Shown: piece by piece, positions 36,133 to 44,675 of the stretch
Position numbering within the stretch: the first letter of the stretch is position 1
How the letters are laid out: every line of letters starts with the position of its first letter
Assembly: GCF_039594775.1 (NCBI RefSeq)
Contig: NZ_JBCNMT010000002.1
Span: 325,574-389,573 of the forward strand
Reading direction: 5' to 3'
From: Pedobacter sp.
Lineage (GTDB): Bacteria; Bacteroidota; Bacteroidia; Sphingobacteriales; Sphingobacteriaceae
DNA length: 64,000 bases
The notes under the pieces: model-generated
What the model saw: only the letters and a program-made list of their open reading frames with translations
Told to the model about the DNA's origin: nothing
Databases searched by the model: none
Made by a program: the position numbers and the translations under genes

Positions 36133-37326
36133 ATGTATAAAACCTTACAACCCGTTTTACAAAAAGAACTTGCCGAAATTGAGCAAGCAGGGCTATATAA
36201 AAAAGAGAGAATTATCATTACCCCACAAGGTGCAGATATTAAAGTAAGCACTGGTGATGAGGTAATTAATTTTTGTGCAAATAATTACTTGGGCTTATCA
36301 TCGCATCCAAAAGTGATTGATGCTGCCAAAGAGGCAATTGATAAATATGGTTATGGGATGTCATCCGTTAGGTTTATCTGTGGTACGCAAGATATTCATA
36401 AAGAACTAGAGAAAAAGATTTCGGAGTTTTTAGGTACGGAAGATACTATTCTTTATGCAGCTGCTTTTGATGCTAATGGTGGTGTTTTTGAGCCTTTGTT
36501 AGGCCCAGAAGATGCCATTATTTCCGACGAATTGAACCATGCTTCTATTATTGATGGCGTGCGTTTGTGCAAAGCGCAACGTTTCCGCTATAAAAACTGC
36601 GACATGGAAGATTTGGAAAAGCAATTGATTGCTGCGAAAGATTGTCGTCACCGAATGATTGTTACCGATGGCGCTTTTTCTATGGATGGTTCGGTTGCTC
36701 CTTTGGATAAAATTTGTGACTTGGCAGATAAATACGAGGCTTTGGTGATGATTGACGAATCGCACTGTTCTGGATTTATTGGTAAAACAGGTAGAGGTAC
36801 TCACGAGCATTTTAATGTAATGGGTCGTATCGATATCATTACAGGTACTTTAGGAAAAGCCTTAGGTGGTGCTTCTGGTGGATTTACTTCTGGGCGTAAG
36901 GAAATTGTAGATATGTTGCGCCAACGTTCACGTCCATACCTGTTTTCAAATACTTTGGCACCTTCTATTGCTGGGGCATCGGTAGCGGTACTAGATATGT
37001 TAAGTGAAACAACCACTTTACGTGATAAATTAGAATATAACACTAAATATTTTAGAGAGAAAATGACCGAAGCAGGCTTCGATATTAAGCCAGGTTTCCA
37101 TCCCATTGTTCCGGTAATGCTATATGATGCTAAAGTTGCTCAAGAGTTTGCTGCTAAAATGTTAGAGGAAGGCATTTATGTGATTGGCTTCTTTTATCCA
37201 GTAGTGCCGCAAGGTAAGGCTCGCATTAGGGTACAGCTTTCAGCGGCGCATGATCAACATCATTTAGACAAAGCTATCGCTGCCTTTACCAAAGTAGGTA
37301 GAGAATTGGGCGTAATTAAAAACTAG
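36133..37326 (+). CDS. kbl: Glycine C-acetyltransferase (2-amino-3-ketobutyrate CoA ligase)
   Basis: 397 aa. NNYLGL block, [13 protein letters not shown]-lysine region [14 protein letters not shown]. Confidence 0.9.
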   Translation: MYKTLQPVLQKELAEIEQAGLYKKERIIITPQGADIKVSTGDEVINFCANNYLGLSSHPKVIDAAKEAIDKYGYGMSSVRFICGTQDIHKELEKKISEFLGTEDTILYAAAFDANGGVFEPLLGPEDAIISDELNHASIIDGVRLCKAQRFRYKNCDMEDLEKQLIAAKDCRHRMIVTDGAFSMDGSVAPLDKICDLADKYEALVMIDESHCSGFIGKTGRGTHEHFNVMGRIDIITGTLGKALGGASGGFTSGRKEIVDMLRQRSRPYLFSNTLAPSIAGASVAVLDMLSETTTLRDKLEYNTKYFREKMTEAGFDIKPGFHPIVPVMLYDAKVAQEFAAKMLEEGIYVIGFFYPVVPQGKARIRVQLSAAHDQHHLDKAIAAFTKVGRELGVIKN

Positions 37327-37407
37327 TTTTTAAAGCCATTAAAACTCACATTGTTGGAGCTGCTGATTTTAACATCTTCAACAATGTGATTAAAAATGAT
37401 TTAGCGC

Positions 37408-38319
37408 ATGAAAATTTCTTTGCAAAGCTTTTGCTTCATCGTTCTATCCATATTTATTACTTCTTGTAAAAAATCAAGCAGTCAATCGCTAAAAGCCGAA
37501 ACAAAGCTGAACGTGAGTTATGGCAGTAGCGCTTTGCAAAATATGGATGTTTATTTGCCCGCGAACAGAAATTCAGAAACCAAAGTGGTAGTATTTGTAC
37601 ACGGGGGTAGCTTTATTGGTGGCGATAAAAGCGAATATAGTTCGATAGTAGAAGAATTGGTTCGGAGAAATTTTGCGGTAGTCAACATTAACTATCGTTT
37701 GGTAGATGCCAGCGGTTTGCAAACTAATCCTGTAACCCACAAGCAGAGTGCCATATTGATTCAACATCAGGTAGACGATGTAAGCTCCGCTGTCGATTAT
37801 ACCATTGCCCATGCAGATGAATGGCAGGTGAGTAAAAGCAGAATTGCCGTTGCTGGACATAGTGCTGGGGCAACCTTAGGTTTGCTTTATAGCTACGGAA
37901 ACAAAAATACCAATAAAGTAAAGGTGGTAGCAAATTTGGCTGGGGCCTTGGACCAAACCTTCACCGATATTCCTTCTTATCATTTGCTGCCATCTTATAT
38001 TTTAGAGATGGGTTATCGATATACGGGCTTTGAAGTAAGTGTGGCTAATGAACAACATTATAAGGCTATTAGCCCTTTGTATGTCGCTAATCCAAACCAA
38101 AAAATCCCAACCTTAACTATCTTCCCAGAAAATAATGTAGTGGGCGATTTTCCAAAACAGGGCAGAGTAACTTTTGATGCTTTCACAGTCAAATTAAATC
38201 AACTAGGTGTACCTAACAAATTTGTACAAATTGCTGGGGCAGATCACAGTTTTACCAAAGTAGGAAATATTCAACTGGTGTTTGTGGAGCTCTTAGCTTA
38301 CCTAAACGCTAATTTGTAA
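37408..38319 (+). CDS. Alpha/beta hydrolase fold-3 esterase/lipase, lipoprotein
   Basis: 303 aa. Lipoprotein signal ...FITSCKK. Oxyanion block VFVHGGSFIGGDK, nucleophile elbow AGHSAGA. Confidence 0.8.
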   Translation: MKISLQSFCFIVLSIFITSCKKSSSQSLKAETKLNVSYGSSALQNMDVYLPANRNSETKVVVFVHGGSFIGGDKSEYSSIVEELVRRNFAVVNINYRLVDASGLQTNPVTHKQSAILIQHQVDDVSSAVDYTIAHADEWQVSKSRIAVAGHSAGATLGLLYSYGNKNTNKVKVVANLAGALDQTFTDIPSYHLLPSYILEMGYRYTGFEVSVANEQHYKAISPLYVANPNQKIPTLTIFPENNVVGDFPKQGRVTFDAFTVKLNQLGVPNKFVQIAGADHSFTKVGNIQLVFVELLAYLNANL

Positions 38320-38415
38320 TAGATATGTTATAGGTTTGGGTTCATTTTATGGCTGTAATAGCCATTTAACTTTGTTTTTGAACTCGCCTTGACAAATATA
38401 TAGGAGAAAATCCTG

Positions 38416-38423
38416 TATATTTG
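38416..38423 (+). promoter_or_regulatory. TAnnTTTG box immediately upstream of pheS
   Basis: TATATTTG, only 4 nt before the ATG at 38428. This implies a leaderless or near-leaderless mRNA if it is used. Confidence 0.3.
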
Positions 38424-38427
38424 GCGC

Positions 38428-39468
38428 ATGTTACAAGACCAAATAACGCAATACACTAACGAAATCAATGCGTTTTCTACCGCTAATGCAGCAGAGCTAG
38501 AACAGTTCAGAATACGTTTTCTGGGAACCAAAGGTATTATCAAAGATTTGTTTGATGAATTTAAGGCCGTTTCACCAGAGGAGAAAAGAACCTTGGGGAA
38601 GGTGTTGAATGAGTTTAAGCAACTGGCAGAAGCTAAATTTCAAACTTTAAACGAAACGATTTCGGCATTACAAGACACTTCGGAAAGCAATCAACTTGAT
38701 TTGACCTTGCCAGGAGAAGGTTTTGAGATAGGTACGCGTCATCCATTGGCCATTGTACGTAGAGAAATCATCGAAATCTTTAATAAATTAGGCTTCAGCG
38801 TTGCCGAAGGTCCAGAAATTGAAGATGATTGGCATAACTTCTCGGCCCTTAATTTCCCAGAAGAGCACCCTGCAAGGGATATGCAAGATACCTTCTTCAT
38901 CAAAAAAGGAGGTGAGAATGGCGATATTGCCCTTCGTACCCACACTTCATCGGTACAGGTGAGAATGATGGAAGCAGGTCAGCCTCCATTCAGAGCCTTA
39001 ATGCCAGGTCGTGTTTATCGTAACGAAGCGATTTCAGCCAGAGCACATTGCTTTTTCCATCAAGTAGAAGGCTTGTATGTAGATGAGAAGGTATCATTTG
39101 CAGATTTGAAGCAAACACTTTTCTACTTTGTGCAAGAACTTTATGGCGAAGGTACCAAAGTGCGTTTCCGTCCATCTTATTTCCCGTTTACAGAACCATC
39201 TGCCGAAATGGATATTTCTTGTAGTATTTGTAAAGGCGCAGGTTGTAACATGTGTAAAGGAAGTGGTTGGGTAGAAATTTTAGGCTGTGGTATGGTTGAC
39301 CCAAATGTTTTGGAAAATTGCGGTATCGATAGCAAAAAATACAGCGGTTTTGCTTTTGGTATGGGGATAGAACGTATTGCCAACCTTAAATTCGAAATCA
39401 AAGATTTGCGTTTGTTCTCAGAAAACGATGTTCGTTTCTTGAAACAATACCAATCGGCCATTATATAA
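38428..39468 (+). CDS. pheS: Phenylalanine--tRNA ligase alpha subunit
   Basis: 346 aa. Class II motifs RTHTSSVQ, FRPSYFPFTEPSAE, GFAFGMGIERI. Confidence 0.95.
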   Translation: MLQDQITQYTNEINAFSTANAAELEQFRIRFLGTKGIIKDLFDEFKAVSPEEKRTLGKVLNEFKQLAEAKFQTLNETISALQDTSESNQLDLTLPGEGFEIGTRHPLAIVRREIIEIFNKLGFSVAEGPEIEDDWHNFSALNFPEEHPARDMQDTFFIKKGGENGDIALRTHTSSVQVRMMEAGQPPFRALMPGRVYRNEAISARAHCFFHQVEGLYVDEKVSFADLKQTLFYFVQELYGEGTKVRFRPSYFPFTEPSAEMDISCSICKGAGCNMCKGSGWVEILGCGMVDPNVLENCGIDSKKYSGFAFGMGIERIANLKFEIKDLRLFSENDVRFLKQYQSAII

Positions 39469-39470
39469 AA

Positions 39471-39878
39471 ATGAAGAAATTAGCGGCTATAGCAATTGTT
39501 TTTTTATTGTTCTTCGCATCATGCGGAAAAGAAGAAAACTATATTCCAGATTATCCTGTAAATTATAGTATTACGGTTGCAGAATTTAGTATTAGAGCCA
39601 CTAATGGTATTTTATTGGTACCCAATCAGGGCGTAGCAGGCTTAATTATCGTGAGAATATCTACCAATGAATACGTCGCTTTTGATCGATGTAGCACCGT
39701 TAACCCTGAAAAGGCTTGTGCGGTTACACCAGAAGATGGTATATTCCTTGCCCTAGACCCATGTTCTGGCGGTAAGTTTTCATTGCTCGATGGTAGTCCG
39801 CAAAAAGCACCCGCAAAAAGAGCTTTAAAAAGATATGCTTTGAATATCGCGGGGCAACAAATATTAGTAAGAAATTAA
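39471..39878 (+). CDS. Small lipoprotein with degenerate Rieske-like fold signature
   Basis: 135 aa. Lipoprotein signal ...LFFASCGK. FDRCSTV...DPCSGGKFSLLDGSPQKAPAKRALKRYAL lines up with the Rieske boxes C-x-H...C-x-x-H-G-S-x-F-D...G-x-P-A...L-x-x-Y, but both His ligands are replaced. ATG lies 2 nt after the pheS stop. Stop overlaps the tetR start (TAATG). Confidence 0.6.
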   Translation: MKKLAAIAIVFLLFFASCGKEENYIPDYPVNYSITVAEFSIRATNGILLVPNQGVAGLIIVRISTNEYVAFDRCSTVNPEKACAVTPEDGIFLALDPCSGGKFSLLDGSPQKAPAKRALKRYALNIAGQQILVRN

Positions 39879-40453
39879 TGGAGCCAGAGAAAATAAAAGA
39901 AAGTATACTTAGGGCCGCAAAGGAGCTATTTAGAAAATACGGCTATCACAAAACCAGTGTCAACGAAATTGCTAAAAAGGCTCGCATTGCCAAGGCTACC
40001 ATCTATAAGTATTTCGAAAGCAAGGAGCAAATCCTCGATTTTATTTTGATGGACTACCTCGATGTTAACCTGCATGGTATTTTATCTAATAAAGCACAAT
40101 TTGCTAGTGAAGAGGAACATTTAAAGGCATTGGTAATGAAAACCTGCCGACTTTCTTTCACGGCTTGTAATGAGTTTATCGGTTGGGATTTTGTTCGTGA
40201 AAATGCTAACTCACAAGAATTCTTAAAGCATCTTTCTGATCAGTTGGAAGCGCTGTTGTTATCAGCCTACTTGGAACTCGACCATTTTAAAAACAATCCC
40301 GCTCGTCGTGGTGGACTGGCATTTTTATTGAAAGCCAGCAAAAGCATTGTGTTCTCGTTTGCCTTTACCTCGGTAAGCGATTCTGATGTCCGCAAGAACT
40401 TCGTAACCTTCCAAAAAGAAATATTGCCGTATTTGGTAAAAGCGGCATTATAA
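39878..40453 (+). CDS. TetR/AcrR family transcriptional regulator
   Basis: 191 aa. N-terminal HTH YHKTSVNEIAKKARIAKATIYKYFESKEQI. Confidence 0.85.
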   Translation: MEPEKIKESILRAAKELFRKYGYHKTSVNEIAKKARIAKATIYKYFESKEQILDFILMDYLDVNLHGILSNKAQFASEEEHLKALVMKTCRLSFTACNEFIGWDFVRENANSQEFLKHLSDQLEALLLSAYLELDHFKNNPARRGGLAFLLKASKSIVFSFAFTSVSDSDVRKNFVTFQKEILPYLVKAAL

Positions 40454-40462
40454 CCCTTCATG

Positions 40463-40575
40463 CTGTCATTCCGAGGAACGAGGAATCTCTCTCTGTATAT
40501 TCTTTGACCTTGAAATATACTTTGTAGTTGCTTCGAGGCCCTTTCTACAGAAGAATCGCTACGGGTTAAGCTTAG
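40463..40575. repeat. Possible related repeat (GTCATTCCGAGGAACGAGGAATCTC-type)
   Basis: Starts CTGTCATTCCGAGGAACGAGGAATCTCTC, directly after the tetR stop. Resembles the left arm of element E but has diverged. Boundaries are uncertain. Confidence 0.4.
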
Positions 40576-40599
40576 AATAACAAAAAATACATTCAGAAT

Positions 40600-40632
40600 A
40601 AACCTCGCAGGTTTTCAAAACCTATAAGGTTT
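40600..40632. repeat. Palindromic repeat family P, copy 3 (degenerate right arm)
   Basis: AAACCTCGCAGGTTTTCAAAACCTATAAGGTTT, between convergent tetR and DUF423 genes. Confidence 0.8.
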
Positions 40633-40651
40633 ATATTATACTAAGAAACCG

Positions 40652-41029
40652 CTAAAGAACTGAGCACAGCAAACAGCCCCAGCCAATAATCATCAGTAAA
40701 CCACCTAGCGGTGTAATTGGTCCTAAAAATTTGAAACTCTTTTTTAGGTATTCCGATAGCGACAAAAGATAAATGCTAAAAGAAAAAAGGATGGTACCAA
40801 TCGTTACCAAATAGAAAGCCCATTTGATAGGGCTTAGCTCTAAATTGGCGTTATAACCGAGCACCAACAGAAACAGCGCACTATAGGTTTGATACCTTAC
40901 GCCAACTTCAAAAGAGGCCAACTTCTCGGCAGATAAAACTTTCTTTAAAGCATGAGCACCGAAAGCACCAAGAATAATTGCTAAAATTCCAAAGGCTGCT
41001 CCGACAGCAATAACTAAGTGGTTATTCAT
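40652..41029 (-). CDS. DUF423 domain membrane protein
   Basis: 125 aa, 4 predicted TM helices. The GAFGAHALK block is typical of DUF423 (YgdD-like). Confidence 0.75.
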   Translation of the reverse strand: MNNHLVIAVGAAFGILAIILGAFGAHALKKVLSAEKLASFEVGVRYQTYSALFLLVLGYNANLELSPIKWAFYLVTIGTILFSFSIYLLSLSEYLKKSFKFLGPITPLGGLLMIIGWGCLLCSVL

Positions 41030-41092
41030 ATAGCAGTAAAGGTAGTGAAATAAGACCTAAAGATAAGTTAACGGATTGTCTAAAAATAGAGT

Positions 41093-41167
41093 CGTCATTT
41101 CGAGCGAAACGTAGTGTAGCCGAGAGATTTTTAAAGATAATTGCTTAATTTAAAGATTTCTCGGCTA
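41093..41167. repeat. MITE-like element E, partial copy 3 (left terminus plus internal hairpin)
   Basis: CGTCATTTCGAGCGAAACGTAGTGTAGCCGAGAGATTT...AAAGATTTCTCGGCTA. TAGCCGAGAGAT / ATTTCTCGGCTA form an imperfect inverted repeat. No matching right terminus seen. Confidence 0.6.
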
Positions 41168-41227
41168 TGTGTCTATGTGGTTGATATTTTTTAACCCCTC
41201 GTCAAAAAGGAGAGCGAAAGTGGTTGA

Positions 41228-42259
41228 TTACTTTCCTAAAGCTTTTCTCACTTGTGGTGCGATTTTGTCCCCAAAAATCTCAATTGATTTCATCATGTGT
41301 TCATGTGAAGGTGCACCTACATCCATATGCGCCGAAAAGCGGGTTAATCCAAATAGCTCTTGCATTTGCAATATTTTCTCTGCCGCTTCATTGGCATCTC
41401 CAATAATTAAAGCACCATGTTTTGAGCGTCCAAAATCAAATTGTCCACGTTGGAATGGTGGCCATCCTCTCGACTTGCCTATTCTGTCCATTTGTGCAGA
41501 ATAAACAGGGTAATAATAGTCGGCAGTGGCTTGGCTTTCCTCTCCAAAAAACGAATGCATATGTACGCCCACTTTAAATTGGCTCATGTCGTGGCCACTA
41601 TCTTCGTAAGCTTGTTTATAGTACTCAAACAAAGGCTGGAATTGTTCTGGATTGCCACCAATAATAGCAAACATTACGGGTAAGCCTAGTTTCCCTGCAC
41701 GTACTACTGAATTTGGAGTGCCACCAACAGCTACCCAAATATTTAAATGGTTATTTACCGCACGAGGTAATACCTGTTGTTCTTTTAGTTCTGGTCTAAA
41801 TTTCCCTTTCCATGAAATGGTATCCTGTTGGTTGATTTTCACCAAAAGGTTCAATTTCTCTTCAAAAAGTTCATCATAATCGGCAAGGTTATAGCCAAAT
41901 AATGGGAACGATTCGATAAAACTACCACGGCCAGCCATTAACTCAGCCCTACCGTTTGAAATTAAATCAACCGTAGCAAAGCTTTGATAAAGTTTTACAG
42001 GATCTGAGGAACTCAGTACCGAAACAGCACTTCCTAACTTGATGTTTTTAGTTACTGTGGCTGCTGCAGCAAGAATAATTTCTGGAGTGGATACCGCATA
42101 ATCTGGTCGGTGATGCTCCCCAATGCCATAAAAGTCCAGACCTACCTGGTCCATGAGTTTAATTTCCTCAATAATTTCTTGTAAACGTTGTTGTGCTGGT
42201 TGTGCTTGACCGTTGGCGTTAATTTGTAAATCGCCAAACATTCCAATACCTAATTCCAT
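41228..42259 (-). CDS. LLM-class (luciferase-like) flavin-dependent oxidoreductase
   Basis: 343 aa. N-terminus MELGIGMFGD...LDFYGIGEHH, SDPVKLYQSFATVDLISNGRAELMAGRG. Confidence 0.85.
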   Translation of the reverse strand: MELGIGMFGDLQINANGQAQPAQQRLQEIIEEIKLMDQVGLDFYGIGEHHRPDYAVSTPEIILAAAATVTKNIKLGSAVSVLSSSDPVKLYQSFATVDLISNGRAELMAGRGSFIESFPLFGYNLADYDELFEEKLNLLVKINQQDTISWKGKFRPELKEQQVLPRAVNNHLNIWVAVGGTPNSVVRAGKLGLPVMFAIIGGNPEQFQPLFEYYKQAYEDSGHDMSQFKVGVHMHSFFGEESQATADYYYPVYSAQMDRIGKSRGWPPFQRGQFDFGRSKHGALIIGDANEAAEKILQMQELFGLTRFSAHMDVGAPSHEHMMKSIEIFGDKIAPQVRKALGK

Positions 42260-42348
42260 AAATTTCCTTTCTTTGTTACAAAGATAACTTCAATATAGGA
42301 TTAAAGTTTTTGATGTATGTTAAGAAATGTAATTGTTAAATCCTTTAC

Positions 42349-42858
42349 TTAATACCCTATTGCTAAAATTCCCTTTAGTGGTAATTTTAATCTATTGCTA
42401 GCATACAAAGTCTCGAAAAATGAAACCATTTTTTCAAAATCTTTGCTTTCTCGATAGTTATTTCTAACTGCAATTACTAAGTAATCTATGTCATGCATAA
42501 CACAAGCTTGAAACAAGTCTTTGAGGAATTGATAGTTCGATACAGCCCGTCCTGCCTCAACTTCGATTACCGTTTTGGTGACTTCATTATGAGCATCTGC
42601 ATCGAATGATTTTTCAAGTTTACCATTCCTGCCAAATAGGACAGGAACTTTTATTTTTCCGTCCTTTTTTTTGGAAGTTTCTACCTTATAATTTAGTGCT
42701 GTCAAATCTGATTTTATTGCCTGAAGGGCCTCATCGCTATTCAAGTCATAATTAGTTGAGCTTATCAATTGAATTTTCTGCTCAAATACATCAATAATTT
42801 GCTTTAGATGCAAAGGGATTAAATCTGATTTGGGGAAATATTGCCAATTAATATTCAT
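42349..42858 (-). CDS. Hypothetical protein with BamHI/BglII-like PD-(D/E)xK restriction-endonuclease signature
   Basis: 169 aa. FDADAH...VIEVEAGRAVSNYQFLKDLFQACVMHDIDYLVIAV...LPLKGILAIGY resembles the D...E-x-E core and C-terminal strand of the BamHI/BglII family. Recognised by eye only. The ORF is visibly more AT-rich than its neighbours. Confidence 0.55.
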   Translation of the reverse strand: MNINWQYFPKSDLIPLHLKQIIDVFEQKIQLISSTNYDLNSDEALQAIKSDLTALNYKVETSKKKDGKIKVPVLFGRNGKLEKSFDADAHNEVTKTVIEVEAGRAVSNYQFLKDLFQACVMHDIDYLVIAVRNNYRESKDFEKMVSFFETLYASNRLKLPLKGILAIGY

Positions 42859-42894
42859 AGTAGTAGCTATTAATTTAAAGCTAATATATTCTCT

Positions 42895-43815
42895 TTAATT
42901 TAATTTCTCTTTTATTGGCGAATTATTTAGATATACTATTATATCACTTAATTGATTTGGTTCAAACCAAGTTGTATCCTCATCTTTCCTAAACCAAGTT
43001 AATTGTCTTTTAGCAAATCGACGAGTGTTTTGCTTAATCTTATCAATGGCAGTAGCTAAGTCAATTTTTCCATCTAAGTAATCGAAAATTTCAGAATAGC
43101 CAACTGTCTTTAGTGCATTCAATTCTTTATAAGCCTCCAAAGATTTTACTTCTTCCAGCAAGCCTTCTTGCATCATCAAATCTACCCGATGGTTAATTTG
43201 ATTGTAAAGCTTTTCTCGGTCGGTATTCAAACCTATTTTCACAATATTGAATGGACGCTCTTTTTTGTTGGAAGTGAGAAACGAACTTAATTTTTTCCCT
43301 GTTGATAATATCACTTCCAAACCGCGGATCATACGCTGCGGATTGCTTTGGTCTACCTTTGCGAAATATTCAGGGTCAAGCGTAGCCAATTGCTTTCTAA
43401 TGGCTTCAATGCCTTCATCGGCAAACTGTTGGTTAAGCTTTTCACGAATATCGAGGTCAATTTCGGGCATATCATCCAAACCATTGCATACAGCATTAAT
43501 GTATAAGCCAGAACCGCCAACCATTACCAATACATCATGCTTGGCAAATAATCTTTCCATTAAAGCTAAGGCTTGTACTTCAAAATCGCCAGTACTAAAA
43601 AGTTGGGTAATGCTATGTGAATTAATGAAATGATGGGGGGCAGCCGCCAACTCCTCTTCAGAAGGTTTGGCAGTACCAATGCTCATTTCCTTGAAAAACT
43701 GTCTAGAGTCGGCAGAAATAATTTCAGTTTGATAGTGTTTGGCCAATTCAATAGCCAATGAAGTTTTACCAATTGCCGTTGGCCCAACAATAACGATTAA
43801 TGTTTTTTGTTTCAT
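42895..43815 (-). CDS. miaA: tRNA dimethylallyltransferase
   Basis: 306 aa. P-loop VGPTAIGKTSLAIELA, ISADSRQ, GGSGLY, and RQLTWFR near the C-terminus. Confidence 0.95.
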   Translation of the reverse strand: MKQKTLIVIVGPTAIGKTSLAIELAKHYQTEIISADSRQFFKEMSIGTAKPSEEELAAAPHHFINSHSITQLFSTGDFEVQALALMERLFAKHDVLVMVGGSGLYINAVCNGLDDMPEIDLDIREKLNQQFADEGIEAIRKQLATLDPEYFAKVDQSNPQRMIRGLEVILSTGKKLSSFLTSNKKERPFNIVKIGLNTDREKLYNQINHRVDLMMQEGLLEEVKSLEAYKELNALKTVGYSEIFDYLDGKIDLATAIDKIKQNTRRFAKRQLTWFRKDEDTTWFEPNQLSDIIVYLNNSPIKEKLN

Positions 43816-43892
43816 TTGGCTTACGGGTTATAGGTTGAAAGCTGCTCGATTTTAACAATAGAATTCTGACTTTCGGTCTTTAAACTTTCCGG

Positions 43893-44546
43893 CTAATAGT
43901 CGTCTTTATCGTTGCCGTAGTCGTCGTTACCGTAATCATCTTCGCCATCGCCATATTCATCTTCCTGTTCTTCCTCTTCCTCATCATGCTCTTCTTCTTG
44001 AGCATTGATTCCTCTACCTCCCATGGCTTCAAGTTCATCGGTATCCTCAGGCACAAAATCCATTTCGTTCAGAAAATCAAAATCATTATCGGCAGCTGAG
44101 CTGCTTGCTACAATACTGTCAATATTGCTTTTGTCGATAATTTTTGGAGCTTCGCCAACGCTTTTTACCAGGTACGGATATTCAATTTTAGGGTCGTTGT
44201 CCAATATGATTTTGATCAGTTCCACATGGAAATCGTATGGCCTTTCAAAATTGTAGATATAATAGAATTTCTGATGCGGGTCTTCGATAAAGTTGCTCAG
44301 TTTTGATTTCTCCATCAAAGTTACGCCATTATCGATTTTACGTTGCGTAGGGTGTATAGCAATTTCTTCGCCTTTAATCCAGTTATCGGTACTTACGTAA
44401 AACGACGAAGATTTATCGGCATTGTATCCAGTGCTGCGGTGTATAGCTCTATGTAAATCTTCGAAAGTTTGATTGCTTTTGATGTCAATCTCACGTGTGA
44501 TATCATCGTAATCTTCGAAAGAAACTCTAAATCTATAAATGGCCAT
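43893..44546 (-). CDS. pRiA4b ORF-3-like (PF07929-type) domain protein with poly-acidic C-terminal tail
   Basis: 217 aa. N-terminus IYRFRVSFEDYDDITREIDIKSNQTFEDLHRAI and YIYNFERPYDFHVELIKI fit the PRiA4_ORF3 pattern. The last ~45 aa are almost entirely D/E/G/Y (EEEHDEEEEEQEDEYGDGEDDYGNDDYGNDKDDY). Confidence 0.6.
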   Translation of the reverse strand: MAIYRFRVSFEDYDDITREIDIKSNQTFEDLHRAIHRSTGYNADKSSSFYVSTDNWIKGEEIAIHPTQRKIDNGVTLMEKSKLSNFIEDPHQKFYYIYNFERPYDFHVELIKIILDNDPKIEYPYLVKSVGEAPKIIDKSNIDSIVASSSAADNDFDFLNEMDFVPEDTDELEAMGGRGINAQEEEHDEEEEEQEDEYGDGEDDYGNDDYGNDKDDY

Positions 44547-44675
44547 GTCCTATAATACTGCTTTATTGTGGGGTAAAAATATAAAAAAACTTCGAAGTCC
44601 GGAAGTCCGAAAGTTGGTTCTCCGATGTATAACAGTTATCGTTAAATCGTGTTTTTATAAATTAGAAATTGTGAA

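Noticed and set aside
41169-41504. 111-aa and 60-aa plus-strand ORFs next to or over the LLM oxidoreductase gene
   Set aside because: They begin inside the MITE-like element and run antisense to a well-supported gene.
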